From: an uncultured Poribacteria bacterium
Lineage (GTDB): Bacteria; Poribacteria; WGA-4E; WGA-3G
Direction: 5' to 3'
Assembly (NCBI GenBank): GCA_951813565.1
Contig: OX638351.1
Location: 832,001-896,000 of the forward strand
Length of the DNA stretch: 64,000 nt
Both the position numbers and the translations under genes were made by a program. Shown piece after piece: positions 41,212 through 50,934 of the stretch. Position 1 is the first letter of the stretch, and each line of letters begins with the position of its first letter. The notes under the pieces were generated by a model. That model saw only the letters and a list, made by a program, of their open reading frames with translations. It made no database searches and had not been told where the DNA came from.

Positions 41212-41979
41212 ATGAGTTGGCAATTAGAAACAACAGTCTCTGATGAACAGGTTAAATTTTACAAAGAAAATGGGTATCTCACTTATGGGCGTATCTTTAC
41301 AGAATCGGAGTTGGACGAACTTCGCGATTATGTAGATGTAATGATAGAGAATCTGCCTGAAGGTAGACGTCCTGAACAGATGGATGTTCCACATTTTGAG
41401 CACCCGTACCTATTCAAATATCTCACGCATCCACGCGTGCTGAAGGTCATCGAACGGTTTGTCGGACCGGATGTTGTCCTTTGGTCAAGTCATTTTATCA
41501 GCAAACGCGAAAATGATGGTATGGCAGTGCCGTGGCATCAGGACGGTGTCTATTGGGGCAAATCTCTTGAACCGATGAACGTCATCACGATGTGGCTGGC
41601 GGTTGATGAATCAAAGATAGAAAATGGATGCATGCGTGTCATTCCGGGAAGTCATAATTTGCGCGATCGGCGTTATGAAAAGGTGAATCGTGACAATAAC
41701 CTCTTCGGGAACGAGGTTGTGGAGGCAGACTTAGACGAATCAAAGGCGGTAAATTTGGAACTGGAGGTAGGGGAGTGCCATTTTCACGATGCATGGACAA
41801 TCCACAATTCCAGTCCAAATGTTTCACAGAAACGGCGCTGTGGTTATACAATGCGCTACATGCCAGCAAATGTTCGTTATCCAGGGGCAGAATGGCGTTC
41901 TACGCACAAAATATATCTGTTGCAGGGTGAGGACAAAACAGATGGCTTTAATATCTATGCACCTGTACCGAAATTTTAA
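41212..41979 (+). CDS. PhyH family dioxygenase
   Basis: PWHQD, NGCM.VIPGSH, H.S.PN.S..RR. Confidence 0.92.
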   Translation: MSWQLETTVSDEQVKFYKENGYLTYGRIFTESELDELRDYVDVMIENLPEGRRPEQMDVPHFEHPYLFKYLTHPRVLKVIERFVGPDVVLWSSHFISKRENDGMAVPWHQDGVYWGKSLEPMNVITMWLAVDESKIENGCMRVIPGSHNLRDRRYEKVNRDNNLFGNEVVEADLDESKAVNLELEVGECHFHDAWTIHNSSPNVSQKRRCGYTMRYMPANVRYPGAEWRSTHKIYLLQGEDKTDGFNIYAPVPKF

Positions 41980-42000
41980 TGCTTTGATAAAGGAGAACTT

Positions 42001-42864
42001 ATGTACCCCTATTTTGACGTACACTGCCACATCGGCATGACGGTATCACGCGCACCGGTCATTGGACAAAGCGTAGGACGATGCCTCGCGAGGATGGCTT
42101 CGGCAAATGTTATTGGTGCGATTCCGTGTCCGACAGCAGGCGGGCCACAGGCACGCGGTGTATTAGATACGCGGGCACAAAACAAGGTGATCGCGAATGC
42201 TTGTCGGAAGTATCCCGAACGTTTCCCTATCGGACTTGGGATTGTAGAAGTTCGGCATGAGCAAGCAGGTGTAGACGAACTTGACAGGGCAATGTGTGAC
42301 GATGGTTTAGTCGGATTTGTGTGTCATCCGGCGTTATCTGGACATTCACTCGGTGGTGAATTATACGCGTTCCTTGAAGTCGTAGCAATGCACAATGGAT
42401 TATGTCTGCTGCATCAGGCAGGTTCAACACAAAATATAGCTGCGTATGCCCAACGGTTTCCAACGATAACCTTCATCATCGGACATGTCTCAATGAGCAA
42501 AGCAGGACAACTTGATGCCATTGCGCATTGTGCAAAGCAGGAGAATATTTGGTATGATGTTGCACAGAAACCTGAAGGCGCAGATGAAAGTTGGGATTTA
42601 GTGCACCTTGTTAATCATCTTAGCAATGAGAGACTTATGTTCGGTAGCGACTTGCCGTATTATGATTTCCGCTTAGTCCAAGCACAAATAGAAACGGCAA
42701 ACCTTGATGACGAGACGAAGGAGCGGATTGGATACCAGAATGCAGTAAGGTTGGTTCAGCAGTTCCAACCAGATTGGCTACCGACGCTAACTGCAATAAC
42801 ACCCCCGCAGGTTTACTCCGAGACTGATATGTGGGATGCGAATGGTGCAAGATTAAAAGACTGA
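42001..42864 (+). CDS. Amidohydrolase family protein
   Basis: DVHCH, HP, GH and FGSD.P motifs. Confidence 0.88.
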   Translation: MYPYFDVHCHIGMTVSRAPVIGQSVGRCLARMASANVIGAIPCPTAGGPQARGVLDTRAQNKVIANACRKYPERFPIGLGIVEVRHEQAGVDELDRAMCDDGLVGFVCHPALSGHSLGGELYAFLEVVAMHNGLCLLHQAGSTQNIAAYAQRFPTITFIIGHVSMSKAGQLDAIAHCAKQENIWYDVAQKPEGADESWDLVHLVNHLSNERLMFGSDLPYYDFRLVQAQIETANLDDETKERIGYQNAVRLVQQFQPDWLPTLTAITPPQVYSETDMWDANGARLKD

Positions 42865-42894
42865 GATGTGGGATGCGAATGGTGCAAGATTAAA
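42821..42894. repeat. 37-bp tandem duplication at the amidohydrolase 3' end
   Basis: AGACTGA(T/G)ATGTGGGATGCGAATGGTGCAAGATTAAA twice, no spacer. Confidence 0.9.
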
Positions 42895-42910
42895 GCAGAA
42901 AAAAATAGGG

Positions 42911-43771
42911 CTATTTAACAATCTCTACAGCCCGTATCCGATGACGGAGTACAAGGATACATACGGCAGTCAACGCAGCTAATAAAAGGAGAGTCCAAGA
43001 CCAGTGCATATTGTAGCTGCTCTCCAAACCAAAAAGAGCATTTCCAAGACGATCGAAGTTCGCCCAAATAGAGACTAAAGCAACTGTGCTTGTTGAAAGA
43101 ATCTCTTTAAGGATGAGATGAAGGACAGGCAATCCAAACCAAACAGCGCAAAAACCGATTGTCGCATAGCGGGAATTTGTTGTAAGCGATGAGAATAACA
43201 AGATCAATAGACTCGTTATAGTGGTGATGATTACCGAATAGGCGATGATGGAAAGGGGTAGCCAGTAATTCTCTTTCAAAAAAGGTGTATCGGTTAACAA
43301 CACATGCTCAAGAAATAGTAATAGTCCAGGAATCAACGTCATACAGATAAGTAGAGTACCAATCACGATAAATTTACCAATGAGATAATCTACCCATGAA
43401 ATTGGCTTAGAGAGATAAAGTGAAAGCGCTTTGTGCTTTAGATCATTCGCAATTAATCCTGCCCCACCAAAAATAACGACTAACGCAACCAAAAACGCAG
43501 ACGAAAACGTTTCAATTCTGAATAGAAATCCCTGAAAAAAACCGCGATCAATATCAAGCCCAGTAGGCACATCCGGAAGAATATTAAAAATATAAATAAA
43601 GATTCCGTAAGACAAGATGTAGATTACCGGTGGAATCGCAACAATTAATCGGACAATTTTGCGCTGGGCGAGCAGTTTCAATTCTGCCTTTGCAATAACC
43701 CACCACTGTATGTGGTTGCGTGGTTTGAGTGTGCCTTCCCAATGTCTATAGTCCTGTGTGTGAATAGGCAT
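42911..43771 (-). CDS. ABC-2 type transporter permease
   Basis: GAGLIANDL...LYLSKPIS..DY..GK; about 6 TM helices. Confidence 0.88.
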   Translation of the reverse strand: MPIHTQDYRHWEGTLKPRNHIQWWVIAKAELKLLAQRKIVRLIVAIPPVIYILSYGIFIYIFNILPDVPTGLDIDRGFFQGFLFRIETFSSAFLVALVVIFGGAGLIANDLKHKALSLYLSKPISWVDYLIGKFIVIGTLLICMTLIPGLLLFLEHVLLTDTPFLKENYWLPLSIIAYSVIITTITSLLILLFSSLTTNSRYATIGFCAVWFGLPVLHLILKEILSTSTVALVSIWANFDRLGNALFGLESSYNMHWSWTLLLLAALTAVCILVLRHRIRAVEIVK

Positions 43772-43773
43772 CG

Positions 43774-44274
43774 TTATCTCTTATAAATAGCAGTTTTTTC
43801 TATGGTATCCGTAAAAGGTCCTTGCTTCTCAGTTTTGACTTCAACAGTAATAACACCTTCGTGTGTATCGCGTTCGGGATCATCTTCAATGAGTCTACGA
43901 GGGATTTCTGTGCTTAGGAGTCTATCAAGACTATTCGGTTCCTGTGCCCATCGTACATCGTATAATCTTCCATCATAAACTTTCCGATGTTTCTTGCCGT
44001 CCCGCATGGAATAGACTTCCACGTTGGTGGTAAAATCAGCATCTGAAATGGTGCTAACACCGACACTCGGACTGAGAATGCTCTGGTTCCATATTAGTGG
44101 AATCCCATTTCTATCAAGCAGATAAATTTTGATGTCTAACCGATCTACGCGCGGATAAGATATGGCCTGAATGCCCTCAAAATTTTGGATTTCCCCGCTT
44201 CCGCATGCGATCAAAGCAATTACGCAAATACAGACAACTATAACTCTCTGTAATTGCAATTTTATGCGAAACAC
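43774..44274 (-). CDS. Hypothetical lipoprotein
   Basis: Lipobox LIAC; AGGAG RBS. Confidence 0.7.
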   Translation of the reverse strand: MFRIKLQLQRVIVVCICVIALIACGSGEIQNFEGIQAISYPRVDRLDIKIYLLDRNGIPLIWNQSILSPSVGVSTISDADFTTNVEVYSMRDGKKHRKVYDGRLYDVRWAQEPNSLDRLLSTEIPRRLIEDDPERDTHEGVITVEVKTEKQGPFTDTIEKTAIYKR

Positions 44275-44416
44275 GCTAATCTCTCCTTTTTATGTGCCAA
44301 CTCAAGGACTACTTATACCATAGAAACTTTCATCATTTATTATACTCTTTTTAGGGTATGAGTGTCAATCTTAAATGTGCTTTGTGCCTACTTTCCAAAG
44401 TGGTATAATGATTGTT

Positions 44417-44521
44417 ATGAAAACTACAAAAAGAGGATTTACGCGCTTTGCTTTTTTTGATTTCGTAATTGCAATTTATGGAGGCATCTTTTTATTTCTC
44501 TTGGATGCAGCCCTTAATTTT
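44417..44521 (+). pseudogene. 5' stub of a gene truncated by the TnpB element
   Basis: TGGTATAAT upstream; MKTTKRGFTRFAFFDFVIAIYGGIFLFLLDAALNF runs into the element right end. Confidence 0.4.
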
Positions 44522-44904
44522 GTCATAGGTACCCACTACCTAAAGGTAGGGGCTTGTGCTTCCTTGCGACTGCGGTTTTCTCAGAGAGTTGACCGTCTTA
44601 TTGTCGCTCCACTTTAGGCAGCCAAGCCTGCCCGTTTGATATTGATAGCAGCGTTGGTGTCTCTGTCGTGGTGTGACCCACATTCGGGACATGTCCACTG
44701 CCTATCAGAAAGAGAGAGTTCTTTGTTATGGTATCCACAATCACTACAAGGTTTTGTTGTTGCTATCCATTGCGAGATTCGCACAAGTTTTTTGCCGTGC
44801 TTCGCACACTTCTGTTCCAATATCTGAAGAAACTGGTAGAAAGAATGGTCAGAAACTTTACGCCCCCATAATCGTTTCATACCGTCAAGGTTCAGGGTTT
44901 CAAA
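44522..44904 (-). mobile_element. tnpB: 3' remnant of TnpB element (tnpB C-terminus plus right end)
   Basis: Near-identical to the 3' part of the other copies; cut by the ISKra4-like IR at 44905. Confidence 0.9.
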
Positions 44905-46361
44905 GGGTGTGTAAAGTTTTTGGCATGAATATCACGCTGCTTTTGTGTTTGTATACCAATAATTATTCCATGCTTCATTTTTCAACAAACACCTCCACTT
45001 CAGCACAGCATTGATACCCGGTTTCTCCCATCTCATAGCAGCTTGTTTGCATCTTTGTCCGACAACATGTTTACACGCACTTTCAATCACACCACTGCCA
45101 ATCTGATACCCTTTTTCTCTAAACGCTTTATACTGCATTCGCTTCGCGTGTTTTTCGAAATACCGCGCTTCTCTTTCTAAAATATCCGATACTTCCGGGG
45201 TCTGTGTGTCTAAGCCACGAATGCGTGCGGCTACTTCTGTAATGTTGCCATCATAAAGGATAGGTTCTGTCGTTTTTACCCAGTCTTGTATCGCCTCTGT
45301 TTCAGTCTCTCCGAACGCAACTTTAGCAACATCATATAGATGAGACTTCGCATGCATATAATCCACAATCTCTACAGCATTGGGGAAGTATTCATCCGCT
45401 AAGTTCCATATCCACGCTGCACCATCACCAAGAAACACAATCTCTTGCGTATCTATCGCTTCTTGGTAGATGCCACTATTGGTTGCTAACGCATATAACT
45501 CCTTACCAAAATGTGCTGCATCATTACGCGTTGCGACATAACGGATACTTGTCTCTCTCGCACTTGACACCGCATCAGAACCACATTGTGGATAATCTCT
45601 GTAAACACTACCAACTTTTGTCTCTTTCCACCCATCAGGGGAGTTGGTATGACACCCATCACAACTCACATGCCATCGCTCATTTTCTGCGAGTTTTTGA
45701 GGTGCCACTTGTTCACAGACGCTCAAATCTTCTGACCATTCACTCACTTTGTGTTGGAGCGTCGTGTGGCTGACTTCTATACCTTGATGCGACAACTCCG
45801 ATGCCGCTTCTCTATAGTCAAGAAGGGCAGACAGACGACACATCGCTTCAGCAACACGACGCGTGTATTGACCCAATAACTTCTGTTTGACCTCCCACGG
45901 CGCGTGACGATGTCCTTGTTCACAACAATACACCCAACGATTTACGCTTGTTTTTCCACAAAGTGTTGTGAAATAACGCGCACGCATACGCAATGGACGA
46001 CAAAGTTCTTGACACGCTGGACATTCAACTGGTTCACGCTCTTTCTTATTTGACTTTTTAGAAACACACATTTCTAAAAACTTTTGTTTAAAAGAACAAA
46101 ATGCTTCGGAAACACGGACTTCAACATCACCTAAAGATAAACCCTCGTCAGAATTGATGTCTACATAAAGATCGTTGATCTCTTTTACAAACTCGTTAAA
46201 ATCTGCTTTGTAATCGTTGCCTTCACAAGGACTTAATGATATACTTGGCATTGGTATCCTCTCCTATAATAGTGATAATTATTAGGGTAGGATACCATTT
46301 ATATACATTTTCTACAAGAACTCCATTCATTTCAATTTCATGCCAAAAACTTTACACACCC
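44905..46361 (-). mobile_element. ISKra4-like insertion sequence
   Basis: Perfect 25-bp terminal IRs GGGTGTGTAAAGTTTTTGGCATGAA; no matching target duplication visible. Confidence 0.88.
44932..46251 (-). CDS. ISKra4/UPF0236-family DDE transposase
   Basis: CDG, GDGAAWIW, D.MHA and IGSGVIESACK motifs. Confidence 0.9.
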   Translation of the reverse strand: MPSISLSPCEGNDYKADFNEFVKEINDLYVDINSDEGLSLGDVEVRVSEAFCSFKQKFLEMCVSKKSNKKEREPVECPACQELCRPLRMRARYFTTLCGKTSVNRWVYCCEQGHRHAPWEVKQKLLGQYTRRVAEAMCRLSALLDYREAASELSHQGIEVSHTTLQHKVSEWSEDLSVCEQVAPQKLAENERWHVSCDGCHTNSPDGWKETKVGSVYRDYPQCGSDAVSSARETSIRYVATRNDAAHFGKELYALATNSGIYQEAIDTQEIVFLGDGAAWIWNLADEYFPNAVEIVDYMHAKSHLYDVAKVAFGETETEAIQDWVKTTEPILYDGNITEVAARIRGLDTQTPEVSDILEREARYFEKHAKRMQYKAFREKGYQIGSGVIESACKHVVGQRCKQAAMRWEKPGINAVLKWRCLLKNEAWNNYWYTNTKAA

Positions 46362-46385
46362 AACAAGAATCGGAAAATTGACACA

Positions 46386-47192
46386 CTATCCGATAATGCG
46401 CTCTATACGTTCCCGAACCCACGCTTTGTGCTCAGGATGTGTGTGAATATAAAAAGTGCCGTTCTGAATAGCGTTATAGACATGATTCGCCACTTCTGCA
46501 GGCGACATGCCTGCCTCCATCTCAGCACAAACATTCCGTGAATCGCCTAAAGTTTGCTGTTGATGCGTTTCCAATCCTGGATTTTGCAATGTATCTGGAC
46601 GATTTCGGGCAGAGTCCAGAATACCGGTCTGCACCCAACCGGGACACAGCACATGCACCTGAATCTGTGAAGCTTTTTGCTCCAATTCATCGGCGAGGGT
46701 TTCAGAAAGGACCACTACGCCGTGCTTGCTCACCTTATAGATGCCTTCACCTGGACCTCGCACCAATCCAAGAATAGAAGCTGTATTCACTATATGACAC
46801 TCGCTCTCTTGCGCGAGCATACGTGGCACAAACGCGCGAATGCCGTGAATTACACCCCATAAGTTCACACCTAAGACCCATTCCCAATCAGCGACGGTAT
46901 GCTCCCAGATCGGACGACTACAAACGACACCAGCATTGTTACAGAGGATATGCACCGCACCAAAAGCATCCAACGTCCGCACAGCAAGGTTTTCAACATC
47001 GGCAGCATTTAAGACATCTGTTCTCACAGCAAGCACGGTTGTTCCTTTAGCGCGTAAGTCAGTCTCAAGTTTGGTTAATGGCTCTTCTTCAATATCTGCG
47101 AGGACAACCGTCATCCCCTCCGCAGCGAACCGTTCCGCCATACCGCGCCCGATACCGCTTGCTGCACCAGTAATAACCGCAACGGTTTTCAT
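46386..47192 (-). CDS. SDR family oxidoreductase
   Basis: TGAASGIG, NNAG, YKVSK; C-terminus ends 25 bp from the IS end and may be clipped. Confidence 0.92.
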   Translation of the reverse strand: MKTVAVITGAASGIGRGMAERFAAEGMTVVLADIEEEPLTKLETDLRAKGTTVLAVRTDVLNAADVENLAVRTLDAFGAVHILCNNAGVVCSRPIWEHTVADWEWVLGVNLWGVIHGIRAFVPRMLAQESECHIVNTASILGLVRGPGEGIYKVSKHGVVVLSETLADELEQKASQIQVHVLCPGWVQTGILDSARNRPDTLQNPGLETHQQQTLGDSRNVCAEMEAGMSPAEVANHVYNAIQNGTFYIHTHPEHKAWVRERIERIIG

Positions 47193-47879
47193 TCAAATCT
47201 CCGCTTGACGCTGCTGATGATACTCCTCTAATGCACGATTTGCATTCACAATTGTCTCTAACTTTTCAACGAGTACATCAATATGTTTGCCCGGGAAGGC
47301 GAAATAGAAGTCATCATCAGAAAGGGCAGTATAAACGCGATTACCGATGCATCCCAAACTACTTGCACCTTTGTTAGACTGTAGAACAGCCGGTATCACA
47401 GCACACGTTGGTCTACCCATCACACCGTTTTCAGTTCCGATTCCTGCAGCGGTTGCAGCTTCTGCTAATAGCATCATCTGTTTCGGTGTGCCAGAGATGA
47501 TAACGACATCTGGTATGTCAGCAGTGTCTGTTAATGGAGCGTAGACTGCACTCTGGAAAGGATTTTCTTGCCGTGGAATGCCGGGAACCTCATCCATACT
47601 AATATAGCCGAGTTCACCCATCAAGTTAAGGGTGTTTTCCAACTCTGCCATTTGTGCATCCGGTAATTCAACATTGTGTGTATAACACCCGATCGGGCAG
47701 TTATAGTGGTCAGACGCTTCGGTATAGAAGGTCTTACCCTCCGATGCGCGCTTCCAATACGTGCAGCCGGAGGCTTCAGTTTTTTCCACGCGGGAAACGC
47801 CTTCCGGTTGTGATTCGTGAAACGTTACTGCAATAGGGGCAGTTCCCAAATTGAGTAGTTCTTGTAATTGTTCTGACAT
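47193..47879 (-). CDS. DUF169-like Cys-rich protein
   Basis: GCTYW, CPIG, PDVV, RPTCA, SLGCIGNR. Confidence 0.78.
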   Translation of the reverse strand: MSEQLQELLNLGTAPIAVTFHESQPEGVSRVEKTEASGCTYWKRASEGKTFYTEASDHYNCPIGCYTHNVELPDAQMAELENTLNLMGELGYISMDEVPGIPRQENPFQSAVYAPLTDTADIPDVVIISGTPKQMMLLAEAATAAGIGTENGVMGRPTCAVIPAVLQSNKGASSLGCIGNRVYTALSDDDFYFAFPGKHIDVLVEKLETIVNANRALEEYHQQRQAEI

Positions 47880-47903
47880 ATTTTCTCCTTTATGAGATAA
47901 ATT

Positions 47904-49331
47904 CTAAACGCTAATCGGGGCGAACTGCCCCTTAGTAGGTTCCGCTCAGCAGAACCATGCTTCGGTAATCCGTGGCGCGGGTAGATGCGCCTGTTTCTTT
48001 AAAACAGTCCTGTTCCGGTACAGCGGAGTGTGCCTATTATCATGCATATCGAAGGCAAGTTCCCATATCCGATAAAAGGTTTCCAACGTATCAACTTCCA
48101 TCCGGTCGTCGTTTTCTGCAAGTGCATTGACCGTTTTGTGAAGTTCATCCATACGGGGATCGGGATGTGCCCATACATAACTAAAAGCGGTTTCATCAAG
48201 CGTGAGGGAAAGTGGTTTTGTTTCAGGACGATTAAGTAGATATGAACCGGGTGGAATGAGTAACCGAACAGCATATTGCACTGGATCAACATGATAAATT
48301 AAACGATGTGTGTCAACGAATTCAAGGATTTCAAGATAATCGTCTAAGGTTGTCCACGGTGTGAACGGCACCCATGTTGGGCGTAGTGCGATACCAGCGC
48401 CATGAACGATCTCAATAGCGGTTTCAACATCAGTGCGGGTGTGGTGCTTCTCCAAAATCGTTAACACTCTATCGCTCAGCGATTCCACAGCAGAGATGAT
48501 GAATCGGCATCCGAGTTTAGCGAATTCGGGGAAGTGTTTTCTGTGTTTAAGTATATGTTCAATCTTGGTTGTAAAGTCAAAAGTAAGGTTGGGAAAAGTA
48601 TCGTGCATAGCGCGGAGAATGCGGATCCCGTGCATTGGTCCGTTGAGAAAATCTGGATCACCGAACGTGATATGTGTTGCCCCTTCTGCCACTTGTCTCT
48701 GAATTTCATCTAACACCGTTTCGCGTTGGAGAGTGAAAAACTTTCCATTGTAGACAGGTGGAATAGGGCAGTGTGTGCAAAGATGCTTACACCCGTGCGT
48801 CGTCTCCGTATAGCCGACAGTTCGCACCTCACCATCATCCTCAAATCGTGCGTATTTTTCTAAAGCTGGTAGTTTTCCATTAATTATCGTAGGACGAGGT
48901 ATCTGTTCTTCAGTTTGTATTTTCTCTGAAAGGGATTGCACCAACGCGACCAGTTGTGTTGACGCTTCACCACTGGTACAAAAATCAACCCCGTGTGAAA
49001 GTAGGTAGTCCGCATTAAGTTCCGCGTAAAGTCCATACATGCATATTGAAACATCTGGATTGAGATCACGAATTCGTTGGAGAAGGTAAACCCCAAGCCG
49101 TAAAGCAGTATGCATCGGGACAGAGATGCCGATAAACCGTGCTCGTTTGACCTTCTCAGCGTTCAGCGGCTCAACAGCGATGTCAATTGCATCAGGGAAA
49201 AATCCAGCAGCTTCAAGCGTCCCGAGCGGACGTGTAAGTCCCATCGGTCGGTGTCCGAGTTCATAGCAAGAGATTAAGAGAACTGCCCCAGGTGCATGCA
49301 TTACTGAGGGAGCGCGTGTTTCCTTGTCCAT
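47904..49331 (-). CDS. CUAEP-tail radical SAM selenoprotein (UGA=Sec at 47946-47948)
   Basis: CKHLCTHC motif; read-through gives PRITEAWFC-U-AEPTKGQFAPISV*; hairpin GGGGC-AGTTC-GCCCC just after the UGA. Confidence 0.88.
47910..47936 (-). promoter_or_regulatory. Bacterial SECIS-like stem-loop
   Basis: On the minus strand CTAA-GGGGC-AGTTC-GCCCC-GA-TTAG, starting ~10 nt after the UGA. Confidence 0.6.
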
Positions 49332-49480
49332 GCTAATAGGATAGCATATCATCACGGAATTTGCAACGCGATGATGTATTCGGTGGTATAAAGTATTTGT
49401 CAATTGTCCGACCCGGACAATAAGGTTGTCGGGGCACGGGGCCCCGACCTACAATAAAAAACGCGAACAAAACAAAAACC

Positions 49481-50929
49481 TTATAAATAAGGATAGGTAG
49501 CATCGGGATCATAATCCGGCAGCAAAGCATTATGAGGTTGTCCTGCTATGAGACTTGTGCCATCAGTAAAGCCTTCAGGACGGTCACGTAGAAACTCAAT
49601 TAGTCTATTTCTCCAAGGCGTTAGTCGAGTTTCTGCATCGCTTTGGCTTGCCAAATCGTGTGTTTCGTGTGGATCATCCTGCAGATTGAAAAGATGTTCT
49701 TGACCCGTTTGGGAATACCAGATGTACTTATGGTGACCATCAGTCACATAGTGGTTGCCATGCTTGTAATTGTAGCAACCGGAATGTTCGCCGTGTAGAC
49801 AGTCTCTAACCCGGTCGGTATCACCTCGCATAATAGGTAGTAGGCTTTTACCGGTACAGGTATTGGGAATTTCAATATCTGCAGCGTCAAGAATAGTGGG
49901 CATGATATCCTGCAAACCGACTGGACTATAGCTTGTGGTTTCTTTCAGATATCCCCATCTCGCTGGTGCACGCATCAGAAACGGCACACGCGCAGAGGCT
50001 TCGTAAGGAAAGGTTTTACGGAACATATTGTGGTCACCTAACATTTCACCGTGGTCAGATGTGAAAATAACGAGACAGTCATTCAGACTACCTGCATTTT
50101 GAAGCAGCCGCCCAATCTGATCGTCTATAAAATTAATCATTCCGTAATAGGCGGCACGCGCACATTGCATATCGTGGCTATCAAGGCAAATCTCCCATGC
50201 ATTTGGATTTAACCCTTTCTGAGTCCTCTCAAATTGCGGTGCCCAGTCGCCGACCACGGGAGGTGGAAGTTCCCGCTGTATGTAGCGTTGGTAATAGTGT
50301 AGAGGTGGCGTCAAAGGCGGGTGCGGGTCTATAAAGGAAATATTAAGAAAAAATGGTACTGAAGGATCACGTTTTCGTATAAATTTGAGGGCGCGGTCAA
50401 CACACCAGAAGGTGTGCATCTGCTCTTCGGGTAGGTGATGCGGACGACCAACCCATCCATTAGCAGAGACACCGTGTGCCATACCCGGATCATAATCGTT
50501 GCGGCGGTGGGACTGCTGCAACCATTCGACATAGTCGTTGTTCGCTGTGCCATGTGTAGCATCAGACAACTGGAGGTGATCGAAACCGAATCGCTTGCGT
50601 GGCGGCGACAGATGTAGCTTGCCTATCATTTCTGTTTGATAACCGGCTGCGGATAATTCGCCAGCAAGGGTATAGGGCGGATTCCATTGTGCTCCTGTAT
50701 ACCCAACCATTCCGTTGGCGGCTGGGGCAGTACCGGTCATGATACCACGTCGGGCAGGAATACAACTCGGACATTCAGCGTACCCACGGCGGAAGTGGGT
50801 CCCACTGCGACCAATCCAGTCCAGGTTCGGTGTTTGCAGACAGTCAGGACCATCAGGATCAATACCCAAACAGTCGCCACGTTGTTGGTCGGTTGTAATT
50901 AGCATTATATTTGGACGAGCATCAGACAT
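49481..50929 (-). CDS. Arylsulfatase
   Basis: PNI..ITTDQ, CIPARR...TG, GKLH, PHPP, SDHG. Confidence 0.95.
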   Translation of the reverse strand: MSDARPNIMLITTDQQRGDCLGIDPDGPDCLQTPNLDWIGRSGTHFRRGYAECPSCIPARRGIMTGTAPAANGMVGYTGAQWNPPYTLAGELSAAGYQTEMIGKLHLSPPRKRFGFDHLQLSDATHGTANNDYVEWLQQSHRRNDYDPGMAHGVSANGWVGRPHHLPEEQMHTFWCVDRALKFIRKRDPSVPFFLNISFIDPHPPLTPPLHYYQRYIQRELPPPVVGDWAPQFERTQKGLNPNAWEICLDSHDMQCARAAYYGMINFIDDQIGRLLQNAGSLNDCLVIFTSDHGEMLGDHNMFRKTFPYEASARVPFLMRAPARWGYLKETTSYSPVGLQDIMPTILDAADIEIPNTCTGKSLLPIMRGDTDRVRDCLHGEHSGCYNYKHGNHYVTDGHHKYIWYSQTGQEHLFNLQDDPHETHDLASQSDAETRLTPWRNRLIEFLRDRPEGFTDGTSLIAGQPHNALLPDYDPDATYPYL

Positions 50930-50934
50930 TTCAA

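Noticed and set aside
42821..42894. CRISPR-like 37-bp repeat
   Set aside because: Only two abutting units, no spacer, no cas genes.
47946..47948. TGA as the true stop of the radical SAM gene
   Set aside because: CUAEP context and the downstream hairpin favour selenocysteine.
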